Source: Candidatus Omnitrophota bacterium (GTDB taxonomy: Bacteria > Omnitrophota > Gorgyraeia > Zapsychrales > Fredricksoniimonadaceae). Taken from it: DNA of 64,000 nucleotides. A program made the translations under genes and the position numbers. This document shows, piece by piece, positions 1 through 8,612 of this stretch. The stretch covers positions 75,364-139,363 of the forward strand of contig CAIOPG010000017.1 of NCBI GenBank assembly GCA_903860135.1, in the 5' to 3' direction. How positions within the stretch are numbered: position 1 is the stretch's first letter; each line of letters begins with the position of its first letter. The notes under the pieces were generated by a model. The model ran no database searches. It saw only the letters and a program-made list of their open reading frames with translations, and was not told where the DNA came from.

Positions 1-1
1 T

Positions 2-2188
2 TTTCTGCAGGTCATTCAGAAAGACGGCGGTATCAAAAAAAACCTTGCGGTCAATGAAAGCCCCGCGGTAACCCAGCTCATAATTCATGACCGTTGTTGT
101 CTCCAGGTCAGGATTACCTGTCACCGCAAAAGGGATATTGACATGATATTCAAAAAAACCATGCGCGTGCGTGGCACGTGCGACGGTTGCCCGGATAAAA
201 TGCTCCTGGCCAAGATCATACATGGCGGTCTCGCGGAAAGAGTAGTCGGCACCGGTATAATTATTCTTTGCCCATTCGACACCGCTGTGCAGGGACAACA
301 GATCCGTTACATCCATGCTGTCCTGTAAAAACCCGCGCAAGATCACATCGCGATAGTCCCGGCTGGGATCAACAAAATAATTATCACGCCCTTCATTCCA
401 GCGATACCCCCCTCCCCAGACAATTTTATGATTGTAAAGAGGCTTGAAGTCATGCTGAAACTCCAGGTCATACTGCCGGTAGGCTACATCATGAACGGAA
501 GGCTTGACCTTGAACAGATCAATATTCCAGAATGTCCGGGACATCTGCACATTAAAACCCGCATCAGGATCAGGCCGGTGATTATACTTGAACATCTGAT
601 AGTCCATGTCCGTTGCCCCGGCGGTATTTGCCACATCCGGCTCTAGGCCGCGCGTCCCTGTCTTGGATCCCGCCAGCCATTCAATATCCCGACCTTCCGC
701 CAGATGATACGTCGTCCTGATATTGCAGGCATTCAGGCGGCTCCCGTCAATGTATTGCTTCCCGTCATCCCCCCCGAACCCCTGACTTCGGTCCGCCTGC
801 ACGCTGAGCCGGTAGTCAAGCTTTCCGACAGAATCGCCCACACGGGAATAATACTGCTGATCTTTACCCAAGCCGACCGTCGTGACCGCCTTGAACCCTT
901 TGGTCATCGACGGTGGTTTAGTCTTGATATTGATGACACCATTGAACGAATTATACCCGTACATCACGGCATTCGGGCCGCGCATCACCTCGATCCGCTC
1001 GATGTCCTCCAAAAAGATCGGCTGGTCAATCCACCAGACCCCCTGGGTGATAGGATTAAAAATAGAGCGGCCGTCCTGAAGGACCTGGACCATATTGGAA
1101 TATTTATCATTGAAGCCACGGATGGAAACACCGACCGTATTGGCGCTCAGCTGGGCCACATTCACACCAGGGACCTTGCGCAGGAGGTCCCAAACTTGCG
1201 TGTAGCCGCTGCGTTCAATGTCCTCGGCTGAAATGACCGTAACAGCCGCCGGCACGGATTCTAATTTCTCGGGTATACGTGAACTGATGGTGACCGGGGT
1301 GTCCAGAAGGCGCGTGATGTCCTCTTGCATGAGAGCCTCAATGCCCGACGGCGCGGCATGGAGATATCCCGCTGAAGAAAATACCCCCAGAGCGCAGAAA
1401 AGAATGCCCGAACCAAACTTCCGCCAGGTTAAGCTGTTTCTAAAGAAGCGCCCGATGAGCTTTCCAAAACCACCCACCGTATTTTTCTCAAGGCACGCGG
1501 CTTTGGGCAACGGCACCGCCGCATGACCCTGAAAATTCTTCCAGACCGATATATGCGCCACGACCTCCCGGTCAAGGGCAATGCTGGCTCCTTCGCATTC
1601 AATGACATGGGCCGGATAATTCTGATGAAGTTTAACCACGATCCCCGGACGGATGCAAAGGCCCTCGAGTTTATGAACCTGCTGGTCATTCTTACAGTGA
1701 ATGTAGGCGATCCTGGCGCTTTCACCGAGCTTGAGATCCGCCAAAGGGATGATAAAGCTGAATTCGGCTTTCTTCGCCAATTTACAACAATCACCCTCGG
1801 GAATGGGCATCCCGTGAGGACACTCTTTAGGATGGCCCAGCAAGGTGCATATGCCGTTAACAAGTTCCAGCGACACCGTGTGCTCGAACTCGCACGCCAC
1901 CTGCTCGAGGTCGCCGCCGCCAAGAACATCCGCGATAAGGCGCTCGGCCAGGCGATGCGCCCGGATCAACTGACAAGCCCGGGCTTCTCCGTCAGCGGTC
2001 AACTTGATGACGGCAGGATCCACACTTTGCTCGATCAATCCGCGGCGGGCGAGCTCCTCGACAACCAGCGGATCAAAGTCATGCTTCATCGACTTCCTGA
2101 AGAAATCCAGGGATGTTTTCCCTTGCTCTTTCATGTACCATAACTGCTCGATATGTTCATCCTGCTGGACATTCTTTTCTATAGCCAT
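2..2188 (-). CDS. DtxR/MntR-type metalloregulator + FeoA domain fused in frame to a TonB-dependent receptor (3' end outside window)
   Basis: Hand translation from ATG 2188 (GGAG RBS): MAIEKNVQQDEHIEQLW...LTADGEARACQLIRAHRLAERLIADVLG...ACEFEH...LGHPKECPHGMPIP (DtxR), LADLKLGESARIAYI...IRPGIVVKLHQNYPAHVIECEGASIALDREV (FeoA), GILFCALGVFSSAGYLHA (signal-like), TPVTISSR...VISAEDIERSGY...VSIRGF...IERIEVMRGPNAVMYG...GVINI (TBDR plug). No stop before base 1, which explains its absence from the ORF track. Confidence 0.85.
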   Translation of the reverse strand, partial: MAIEKNVQQDEHIEQLWYMKEQGKTSLDFFRKSMKHDFDPLVVEELARRGLIEQSVDPAVIKLTADGEARACQLIRAHRLAERLIADVLGGGDLEQVACEFEHTVSLELVNGICTLLGHPKECPHGMPIPEGDCCKLAKKAEFSFIIPLADLKLGESARIAYIHCKNDQQVHKLEGLCIRPGIVVKLHQNYPAHVIECEGASIALDREVVAHISVWKNFQGHAAVPLPKAACLEKNTVGGFGKLIGRFFRNSLTWRKFGSGILFCALGVFSSAGYLHAAPSGIEALMQEDITRLLDTPVTISSRIPEKLESVPAAVTVISAEDIERSGYTQVWDLLRKVPGVNVAQLSANTVGVSIRGFNDKYSNMVQVLQDGRSIFNPITQGVWWIDQPIFLEDIERIEVMRGPNAVMYGYNSFNGVINIKTKPPSMTKGFKAVTTVGLGKDQQYYSRVGDSVGKLDYRLSVQADRSQGFGGDDGKQYIDGSRLNACNIRTTYHLAEGRDIEWLAGSKTGTRGLEPDVANTAGATDMDYQMFKYNHRPDPDAGFNVQMSRTFWNIDLFKVKPSVHDVAYRQYDLEFQHDFKPLYNHKIVWGGGYRWNEGRDNYFVDPSRDYRDVILRGFLQDSMDVTDLLSLHSGVEWAKNNYTGADYSFRETAMYDLGQEHFIRATVARATHAHGFFEYHVNIPFAVTGNPDLETTTVMNYELGYRGAFIDRKVFFDTAVFLNDLQK

Positions 2189-2254
2189 ATAGGCTCCACG
2201 ATTTTTCGGGTTCCAAGGGCACTGGACGGCAACCAAAGTCATCTTAGTTATACG

Positions 2255-4186
2255 TCATCGCGCGCCAAGAATCAAAAACAAAATTCCATGTAGCGCGCCA
2301 GCCAGGGCAAAGGAAATGATAAAGATCAACGCTGTCATCGTACAGGCAACCTTCACCCCCATCTCCCTGCCGATAGCAATGACATTGGCCGCACACGGAA
2401 AAGAGATCGTTGTCACAACAACCGCCATGATGGACTGAACATAACCCAGCGTTCCGGTTTCAACCATTTTCAATATGAGCCCGGCGGCCGCTTCACGCCG
2501 CGCCAGGGCCAGCAGGAAAACATCCACGATGTCCCGGGGCAAGCCCATCCAGCCAACGACCACAGGGCTCAGCACCTGTTTGGTCAGCCCCAGAAGCCCC
2601 GTTTTTTCAAAAAAGAAAAGGCCGACAGCCGACAAGAGGAAGATCGGCACGGCTTCCTTGAGAAAATCCATGACCCGGTGCCAGGTCTTGCGGGCAACAG
2701 CCCCTAGGCCCGGAAGGCGCATGGCGGGGATCACCTGGATAAAAGAACTGGATGCCTTGCTTTTGATGATCCTGTTAAGGATAAGCCCGGCGCCCATCTC
2801 GCAAACAAGGAGCGTCCCCAGAACGATCAAGAAAGCCCCAAAGCCGACACGCGCCAGGATGGACATGGATATGCCCATCTGCGCGGAACACGGAATGGCA
2901 AAAGCGATCAGGAACACCGCGATGAATTTCTCTTTGGGCACCGTCAACCCGCGGGTGCTGAGCGTCGCCATGGTCTTGCAGCCAAAGCCCAGCACCAGCG
3001 CCGTGATGGCATTGCCCGGGATCCCGATCTTTTGAAAGATCCGGGTCGACATCACCGTAAAGTTCGTGATATACCCGCTGTCTTCAAAACAGCCAAAAAT
3101 AAAAAAGAACACCGTCAAGATCGGCAGAACGGTGCAGAGCGCATTGAAAAGCCCCAGCGTCAACAAGCCGTGATTGCCGATCAAAAAATCATGCCAGAAA
3201 AGCGGCAGGGATAATGCCGTGATCAAGCCTGTGACAGGCTGAACAACAATAAAATTAATGCTCTTGTCGATTGCGCCGGAAACAGTGACGAGGCTTAAAT
3301 AAACAATGGCCATAAGGACCAGGAAGATTGGTATGCCGGTGACGGGATGCCGGGTGGCCTGTGTCACCTGGTGTGCCAAGTCCGAATATGGTTCCTTTTG
3401 CTTATGGACAACCTGTGCCAGCTTGTCCACCCAGCGGTTACGCCTGTCATGGATCACCTGGCGAACACTCCCGATGATCTGCACCCGGCGCCGTCCGGCT
3501 TCTTCGCACACACGGACGGTCCGCTCCCTGCCCAGGCGCGTCTCGATCAACTTTTCAATAAAAGGATCCTTCATCAACAGCAGGGTCGCGATCTTGTACC
3601 TGCAGTCCAGTTCTACTGGCAAGGCTGCCGCCAGATCCGTGATCGCCGTTTCAAGGCGCATGCCATATTTAACACCCGGCGTGCCGCGGCGCGCCCTCAG
3701 GATCGCCTCCTCGAGCTCTTTCTTGCCCAGCCCGTGCAGACCTGTCGAGGCCACGACGGGCACACCAAGGCTCCGTTCAAGTTCCGTGGCATCGATCGCT
3801 GTCCCCGGGCGCGCAGTCCCGTCGATGGTGTTTAACACAACAACCATCGGTATATCCAGTTCCAGCAGTTCAGCCAGGAGCAGGAAGGATTGTTTATATT
3901 GCCCGGCATCAAGGCAATGCACAAGGATATCCGGCTTCTCGGCCAGGATCATATCGCGGACCGCAAGTTCTTCTTCGGAATGAATGAAAAGGCAATGCAG
4001 TCCGGGGGTATCGATGATCTCGTAAAATGTGTCCTTGATCCGCGTGACCGACCGCTTCATCTCGATGGTCGTTCCGGGATAATTGGCAACGATCGTGTAT
4101 TCGCCGGTGAGATTATTGAATATCTGGGACTTGCCGGTATTGGGAAGACCGACGAGCACTACTTTTTTGAAAGGACTGCTGGCCAT
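2255..4186 (-). CDS. feoB: Ferrous iron transporter B
   Basis: GLPNTGKS, NYPGTT and DTPG GTPase motifs; gate motifs LGFGC and IPCSAQ; multiple TM helices. Confidence 0.93.
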   Translation of the reverse strand: MASSPFKKVVLVGLPNTGKSQIFNNLTGEYTIVANYPGTTIEMKRSVTRIKDTFYEIIDTPGLHCLFIHSEEELAVRDMILAEKPDILVHCLDAGQYKQSFLLLAELLELDIPMVVVLNTIDGTARPGTAIDATELERSLGVPVVASTGLHGLGKKELEEAILRARRGTPGVKYGMRLETAITDLAAALPVELDCRYKIATLLLMKDPFIEKLIETRLGRERTVRVCEEAGRRRVQIIGSVRQVIHDRRNRWVDKLAQVVHKQKEPYSDLAHQVTQATRHPVTGIPIFLVLMAIVYLSLVTVSGAIDKSINFIVVQPVTGLITALSLPLFWHDFLIGNHGLLTLGLFNALCTVLPILTVFFFIFGCFEDSGYITNFTVMSTRIFQKIGIPGNAITALVLGFGCKTMATLSTRGLTVPKEKFIAVFLIAFAIPCSAQMGISMSILARVGFGAFLIVLGTLLVCEMGAGLILNRIIKSKASSSFIQVIPAMRLPGLGAVARKTWHRVMDFLKEAVPIFLLSAVGLFFFEKTGLLGLTKQVLSPVVVGWMGLPRDIVDVFLLALARREAAAGLILKMVETGTLGYVQSIMAVVVTTISFPCAANVIAIGREMGVKVACTMTALIFIISFALAGALHGILFLILGAR

Positions 4187-4256
4187 TATTCTCCCAATAA
4201 GATTTTCGAAATTGAAAAACTGTTGGGCTCATGCTTGGTCATTATACCAGAACTTT

Positions 4257-5207
4257 TTAAGAACGCATCTTGCGCGCGACAACCTTCCTGACAGCAGCGG
4301 CAATATCCGCCGCTTTCAGATTGTAATGCTGCAGCAACTGTTCGGGCGTTCCCGTCTGGCCGAAGGCATCCTTGACGCCAACGATCTCGAGCGGCACAGG
4401 GTTCGTCTGCCCGAGAACCTCGGCGACAGCACCGCCCAAGCCGCCCACAGCCTGATGTTCTTCAGCCGTTACGATCGCCCCCGTCTCTTTGGCGCATGCC
4501 ACGATCACATCAACATCGAGCGGCTTGATCGTGTGCATATTGACAACGCGCACATTCAATCCTTCGTGCGCCAACATATCTGCCGCCACAACGGCCTCGG
4601 ACACCATGGCCCCGCAGGCAATGACCGCCGCATCCGTCCCCTGCCGGATCACATTGGCCTGCCCGACCACAAACGGCGTTGCTTCATCGGTCAAGACCGG
4701 CAACGGCGCACGTGAAAAGCGGACATAAAAAGCACCCTCTTCGGCCAGCATCGCGGCCGTGGCTTTCTTCGCCTCGATATAGTCCACCGGGCAAAGGACC
4801 TTGATGTTCGGAAGAACACGCATGATGGCAAAATCTTCCAGGCACTGGGCGCTGGCGCCATCTTCACCGACGGTAACACCGGCATGGGTCGCGGCCAGCT
4901 TGACGTTCAGATTATTGTAACAAATATCCATGCGGATCTGGTCATACGCGCGATTGGTCAAAAAGACCGCAAAAGAATTGGTCACCACCGTAAAGCCTTC
5001 GCTCGCCAGCCCGGCCGCCATCCCGATCATATCCTGTTCGGCGATACCGACCGAAAAGAAACGCTCCGGGCATACCTTCTTGAAATAGTCTGCGCGCGTG
5101 GCATCCTCGAGGTCCGCCGAAACAACCACGACTTTAGGATCCACCTTGCCGATCGCCGCCAATGCCTCGCCAAATCCGTCGCGTGTGGGGGTAGGTTTCA
5201 TAGCCAT
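4257..5207 (-). CDS. tktB: Transketolase C-terminal subunit
   Basis: GIAEQDM, RAYDQIR, VGEDGASAQ, HTIKPLD motifs. Confidence 0.9.
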   Translation of the reverse strand: MAMKPTPTRDGFGEALAAIGKVDPKVVVVSADLEDATRADYFKKVCPERFFSVGIAEQDMIGMAAGLASEGFTVVTNSFAVFLTNRAYDQIRMDICYNNLNVKLAATHAGVTVGEDGASAQCLEDFAIMRVLPNIKVLCPVDYIEAKKATAAMLAEEGAFYVRFSRAPLPVLTDEATPFVVGQANVIRQGTDAAVIACGAMVSEAVVAADMLAHEGLNVRVVNMHTIKPLDVDVIVACAKETGAIVTAEEHQAVGGLGGAVAEVLGQTNPVPLEIVGVKDAFGQTGTPEQLLQHYNLKAADIAAAVRKVVARKMRS

Positions 5208-5208
5208 A

Positions 5209-6030
5209 TCAATAGAGCACCTTTAGCGCATCCGCCAATTGTTCCTTGTTGGGCGCCTTCCCGTGCCAAGCGCTTTTAAGCTCCATGAACGGGACTCCCT
5301 TGCCCTTTAACGTCTGCGCAATGACGACCGTAGGCTTCCCCTTCATCCCCTTGAAATCATTGAAAGCCTTGATCAACAGATCAAGGTCATTGCCGTCAAT
5401 ATCGATGACATTCCAGCCAAAGCTCTTCCATTTATCCGCCAGCGGCTCAAGCCCCTTGATCTCGCTGACAAGGCCGTTCTCCTGCACCTTGTTATAGTCA
5501 ACAATGGCGCAAACATTATCCAGCTTGAAATGCGCCGCGGCCATGGCCGCTTCCCAGACCGACCCTTCCTGGATCTCGCCGTCACCCATCAGGCAATACG
5601 TCTTGAAATCCTTGTTCTTCAATTTCGCCGCCATGGCCACCCCGTTGGCATACGAAAGCCCGTGGCCGAGCGACCCGGTATTGAATTCAACCCCCGGCGT
5701 CTTTTTGGTCACATGCCCCTGCAGGCGACTGCCAAATTTGCGAAATGTCTTCAATTCTTCTTTGGGGAAATAACCAAAATTGGCCAGCGTCACATAGGTG
5801 ACCGGGGAAATATGCCCTTTGGAAATCACCAAACGGTCGCGCCCGTCCCACGCCGGATCAGCCGAACGGTGATTCATCACCACCGCGTAAAGGGCCACGA
5901 ATATCTCCACGGCGGACAATGACCCGCCAGGATGCCCCGAGCCTGCGGTCTCGAGGGTTTCAAGGATCTCACGACGCATCAACAAGGCCTGTGCTTTAAG
6001 GGCACTCAGATCGTATTTCTTGTCGGACAC
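5209..6030 (-). CDS. tktA: Transketolase N-terminal (TPP-binding) subunit
   Basis: SGHPGGSLS, DRLVISKGH, GSLGHG, GDGEIQEG; GTG start at 6030 with GAGGAG RBS. Confidence 0.92.
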   Translation of the reverse strand: MSDKKYDLSALKAQALLMRREILETLETAGSGHPGGSLSAVEIFVALYAVVMNHRSADPAWDGRDRLVISKGHISPVTYVTLANFGYFPKEELKTFRKFGSRLQGHVTKKTPGVEFNTGSLGHGLSYANGVAMAAKLKNKDFKTYCLMGDGEIQEGSVWEAAMAAAHFKLDNVCAIVDYNKVQENGLVSEIKGLEPLADKWKSFGWNVIDIDGNDLDLLIKAFNDFKGMKGKPTVVIAQTLKGKGVPFMELKSAWHGKAPNKEQLADALKVLY

Positions 6031-6109
6031 AAATAACTCCTCGCGCAAAATCATTCCAGAGATTGACGGATAAAAAACGGGTTGAGTATAGGTCAATACC
6101 CGAAGCTAG

Positions 6110-6286
6110 TCAAGGCACTTTCTTGATTGCCGCCTTCAGATCGGCCATGAATGCCTGGGCCGGTGTCAGACGGGCCGTGCCATCGGGCCTCCCGCCCTTG
6201 ACCGTCCCATGGCGTGCCAGGGCCGAAGCCCCTGCCTGCTTTCCCTGTTTCTTGTGCCAGAACTGCACATGCCCTTTTTTGCTCAC
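6110..6286 (-). CDS. Small basic hypothetical protein (58 aa)
   Basis: GTG start overlaps the upstream TGA (GTGA coupling); [16 protein letters not shown]...[13 protein letters not shown]. Confidence 0.45.
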   Translation of the reverse strand: MSKKGHVQFWHKKQGKQAGASALARHGTVKGGRPDGTARLTPAQAFMADLKAAIKKVP

Positions 6287-6474
6287 CGGACAGCACTCCG
6301 GCAGAAATTCGCGATGCTCCTGTCGTAAGTCTTCTCGGCATCCTTGGGGAAAAAACACCCCGGAATAGCCCCCTTGGCGCGGTGATACCGCACACATTCA
6401 CAGCACAACCCCTTGCGCGAACAGTCATACGTACACCCGCAGTCTTGCTTGTTCCGTTCTATCAGACATTCCAT
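6283..6474 (-). CDS. Small Cys-rich protein (DUF6485-like)
   Basis: [20 protein letters not shown]...PGCFF...EKTYDRSI; AAAGAGG RBS. Confidence 0.75.
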   Translation of the reverse strand: MECLIERNKQDCGCTYDCSRKGLCCECVRYHRAKGAIPGCFFPKDAEKTYDRSIANFCRSAVR

Positions 6475-6528
6475 AAGCACCTCTTTGATTGGCAAGTCGT
6501 TCTGTCAAAAACTTTTGCTCCTAAAAAA

Positions 6529-6560
6529 CGGCTCATGCACGCTTCGGTTTATTGCCCTGT
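6529..6560. repeat. R1 repeat copy 1 (5'-truncated)
   Basis: CGGCTCATGCACGCTTCGGTTTATTGCCCTGT, 5 nt from the rhuM stop. Confidence 0.85.
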
Positions 6561-6565
6561 CTTCT

Positions 6566-7597
6566 TCACCCTTTCAACGCTTTCTTTTTATTTTCGAGAC
6601 GTTTTATTTCACGATCAAAATCATTCTCGAATAAACGATCCTGAACAATACGGTATTTTTCAAACTCGCTTTCCGCATGTTCTTTAGCAATCTGAGACGT
6701 TATCTTCCCGCTATTTTTCAAAATATCTCTGTCAGCAACTTGCAAAAACATATCCAAGCGCATTGACCAGTCTTCCATTGTCATTGGTATCCGTCGCTGC
6801 GCCCGGTCTTCGGCTAAATCCAAATAAGCGTTAACGATACGTCCTAAAGCCACAATTTCGTCTTTACTCAAATAGTTCTTCGCCACACTCACATCAGCCT
6901 TTAATATCTTTCCGTCGGGACTTCCCTCCCATGACGTCAATCCCATGTGTTTTTTCTGGCTATCTGCCCGTCTAACAATCAATTCCGCAGCCGTATATCC
7001 GTGAATGGCAAAATGCAATTTATTTTGTATCTTCGCAAAGAATGCCTGGGTGATAGCAGCTCGAGCGTCATAATCCATGCTGGTCGAATAAATATCCGTG
7101 ATTTTCTGATAGAAACGCCGCTCACTCATGCGTATTTCACGGATTTCCTCCAACACCCGTTCGTAATAATCCTCCCCAAGAAAAGCACCGTTCTCCAACC
7201 GCTTCTTATCCAGCACATACCCCTTGATGGCGAAGTCCTTCAAAATACGGGTTGCCCACTGCCGGAATTGCGTGGCTCTCAAAGAGTTCACCCGATATCC
7301 GACGGAGATAATCATGTCCAAGTTATAAAAATTAGTTTGGTATTTCTTGCCGTCCGCGGCAGTTATTAGGGATTTCCTAAGAACTGTCTTCTCATCGACT
7401 TCTTTGCTTGAAATGACATTCTTAAGATGCTCGTTGATTGTCGGGATAGCAACATCAAACAATTCAGCCATTAATTTCTGTGTCAGCCAGATCGTTTCGT
7501 CTTCATACCGCGCCTCAATACTTTTGTCACCCGATTGACTTGTAAAGATCAGAAATTCCGCCGTGCTATTGCGTATTTGAAGATTTCTTGCTTTCAT
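6566..7597 (-). CDS. rhuM: RhuM-family (virulence RhuM) DNA-binding protein
   Basis: ETIWLTQKLMAELFDV, YNLDMIISVGYRVNSLRATQFRQWA, IREIRMSERRFYQKITDIY. Confidence 0.9.
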   Translation of the reverse strand: MKARNLQIRNSTAEFLIFTSQSGDKSIEARYEDETIWLTQKLMAELFDVAIPTINEHLKNVISSKEVDEKTVLRKSLITAADGKKYQTNFYNLDMIISVGYRVNSLRATQFRQWATRILKDFAIKGYVLDKKRLENGAFLGEDYYERVLEEIREIRMSERRFYQKITDIYSTSMDYDARAAITQAFFAKIQNKLHFAIHGYTAAELIVRRADSQKKHMGLTSWEGSPDGKILKADVSVAKNYLSKDEIVALGRIVNAYLDLAEDRAQRRIPMTMEDWSMRLDMFLQVADRDILKNSGKITSQIAKEHAESEFEKYRIVQDRLFENDFDREIKRLENKKKALKG

Positions 7598-7632
7598 AAA
7601 TGTCATTTCCTGTTTAGCCCCATCTGATCCAG

Positions 7633-7657
7633 GCACGATCCAAGTTTATTGCACTGT
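7633..7657. repeat. R1 repeat copy 2 (degenerate)
   Basis: GCACGATCCAAGTTTATTGCACTGT; supplies the TAA of the dinD remnant. Confidence 0.6.
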
Positions 7658-8045
7658 TCTCTTTGCACCCTTGGCGAGCTTTTTCCCTTCCGCATTAAGC
7701 CGATGCGCCAGCTTATTGACATCTTCCTCGGCAGGCAACAATTCCGGTTTGATCCCGCTTTTCCCCAGTAATTCCCGAACTTCCCTATTATTTTTAACGT
7801 GCTCCCCCGTAATCGATGGCTCACCTTGCAAATTATTCCACCAGCACCATACGCTCCTCAAGCAACTCCACTGGCTTAAAACACGCCGTCTTAGCCTTGT
7901 CAACAACCAGCAGAAAATTCCGCTATTCGGTGTAATCCAGAAGCCTCTGAATATCCCGCGCCCTCCAGAACTCAACACCATCCTCAACACGCGCTGACCC
8001 TTCAAAATCCTTATTCAACTGCACGATGATCTCTTGTTTCATCAA
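7646..8045 (-). pseudogene. dinD: dinD pseudogene with two internal deletions and a premature TAG
   Basis: Both ends closely match 11421-12266; TGG->TAG at 7923-7925; the middle is reduced to ELLEERMVLVE. Confidence 0.88.
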
Positions 8046-8211
8046 ACATTCCTTTGTTGGTAATTATTATCAAGGGGTAAGATAATAATACCACTCACGT
8101 GTGTGGCTATCAAGTTGTTTTAGGACTTTCCGGTTCTTTGAGAACTTGTTCTCTTTTCTTATTCTACAACTCCTCCGGTGAAGCAAAACTACACGGGGAT
8201 ATTTAGGTCAA

Positions 8212-8257
8212 GGCATGCCAAGGGCGACTAATGCACGCTCTGGGGTTATTGCCCTGT
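8212..8257. repeat. R1 repeat copy 3
   Basis: GGCATGCCAAGGGCGACTAATGCACGCTCTGGGGTTATTGCCCTGT, within a ~140 bp direct repeat (8143-8285 vs 14205-14343). Confidence 0.9.
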
Positions 8258-8612
8258 CCCTAGACTGGGGACTGGGGACTGTCCCATTCGCGCACTCAAC
8301 TTCTGCCTCGACTTCTTACCCGAATTACCCATAATGCCTCCCTTGGTATCATGCGGTTCTGTCAAAAGTTCTAGCTTCCAACTCGCAAAGCCCTTGTATC
8401 TAAATAGCTTGCTTAACTTGAGACTCCCTCCCCCGCGTCTTTGGCGTGGGGAACATCATTATTCCAAAACCTTAAAACATCAAAGCCTTGACTCTTAAGC
8501 CATTCATCTCGCTTGAGATCCTTTTGATTCTGATTATGTTGACCACCATCAACCTCTATAACTAATTTCTTATCAAAACATTACCTAAACCCCCGCCCTT
8601 CGCTTAAACAAC

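Noticed and set aside
143-2192. Plus-strand ORFs (704..1231, 1523..2143 and others) and minus ORF 1429..1929
   Set aside because: Antisense or alternate-frame shadows of the DtxR-FeoA-TBDR frame
2255-4186. feoB as a magnetosome-island marker
   Set aside because: No mam/mad genes in the window
7646-8005. 119-aa ORF as a real gene
   Set aside because: Chimeric reading of the dinD pseudogene; only the C-terminal half is in the dinD frame
8430-8452. CCCCGCGTC-TTT-GGCGTGGGG hairpin as an IS200/IS605 end or CRISPR repeat
   Set aside because: Single copy with no tnpA/tnpB nearby
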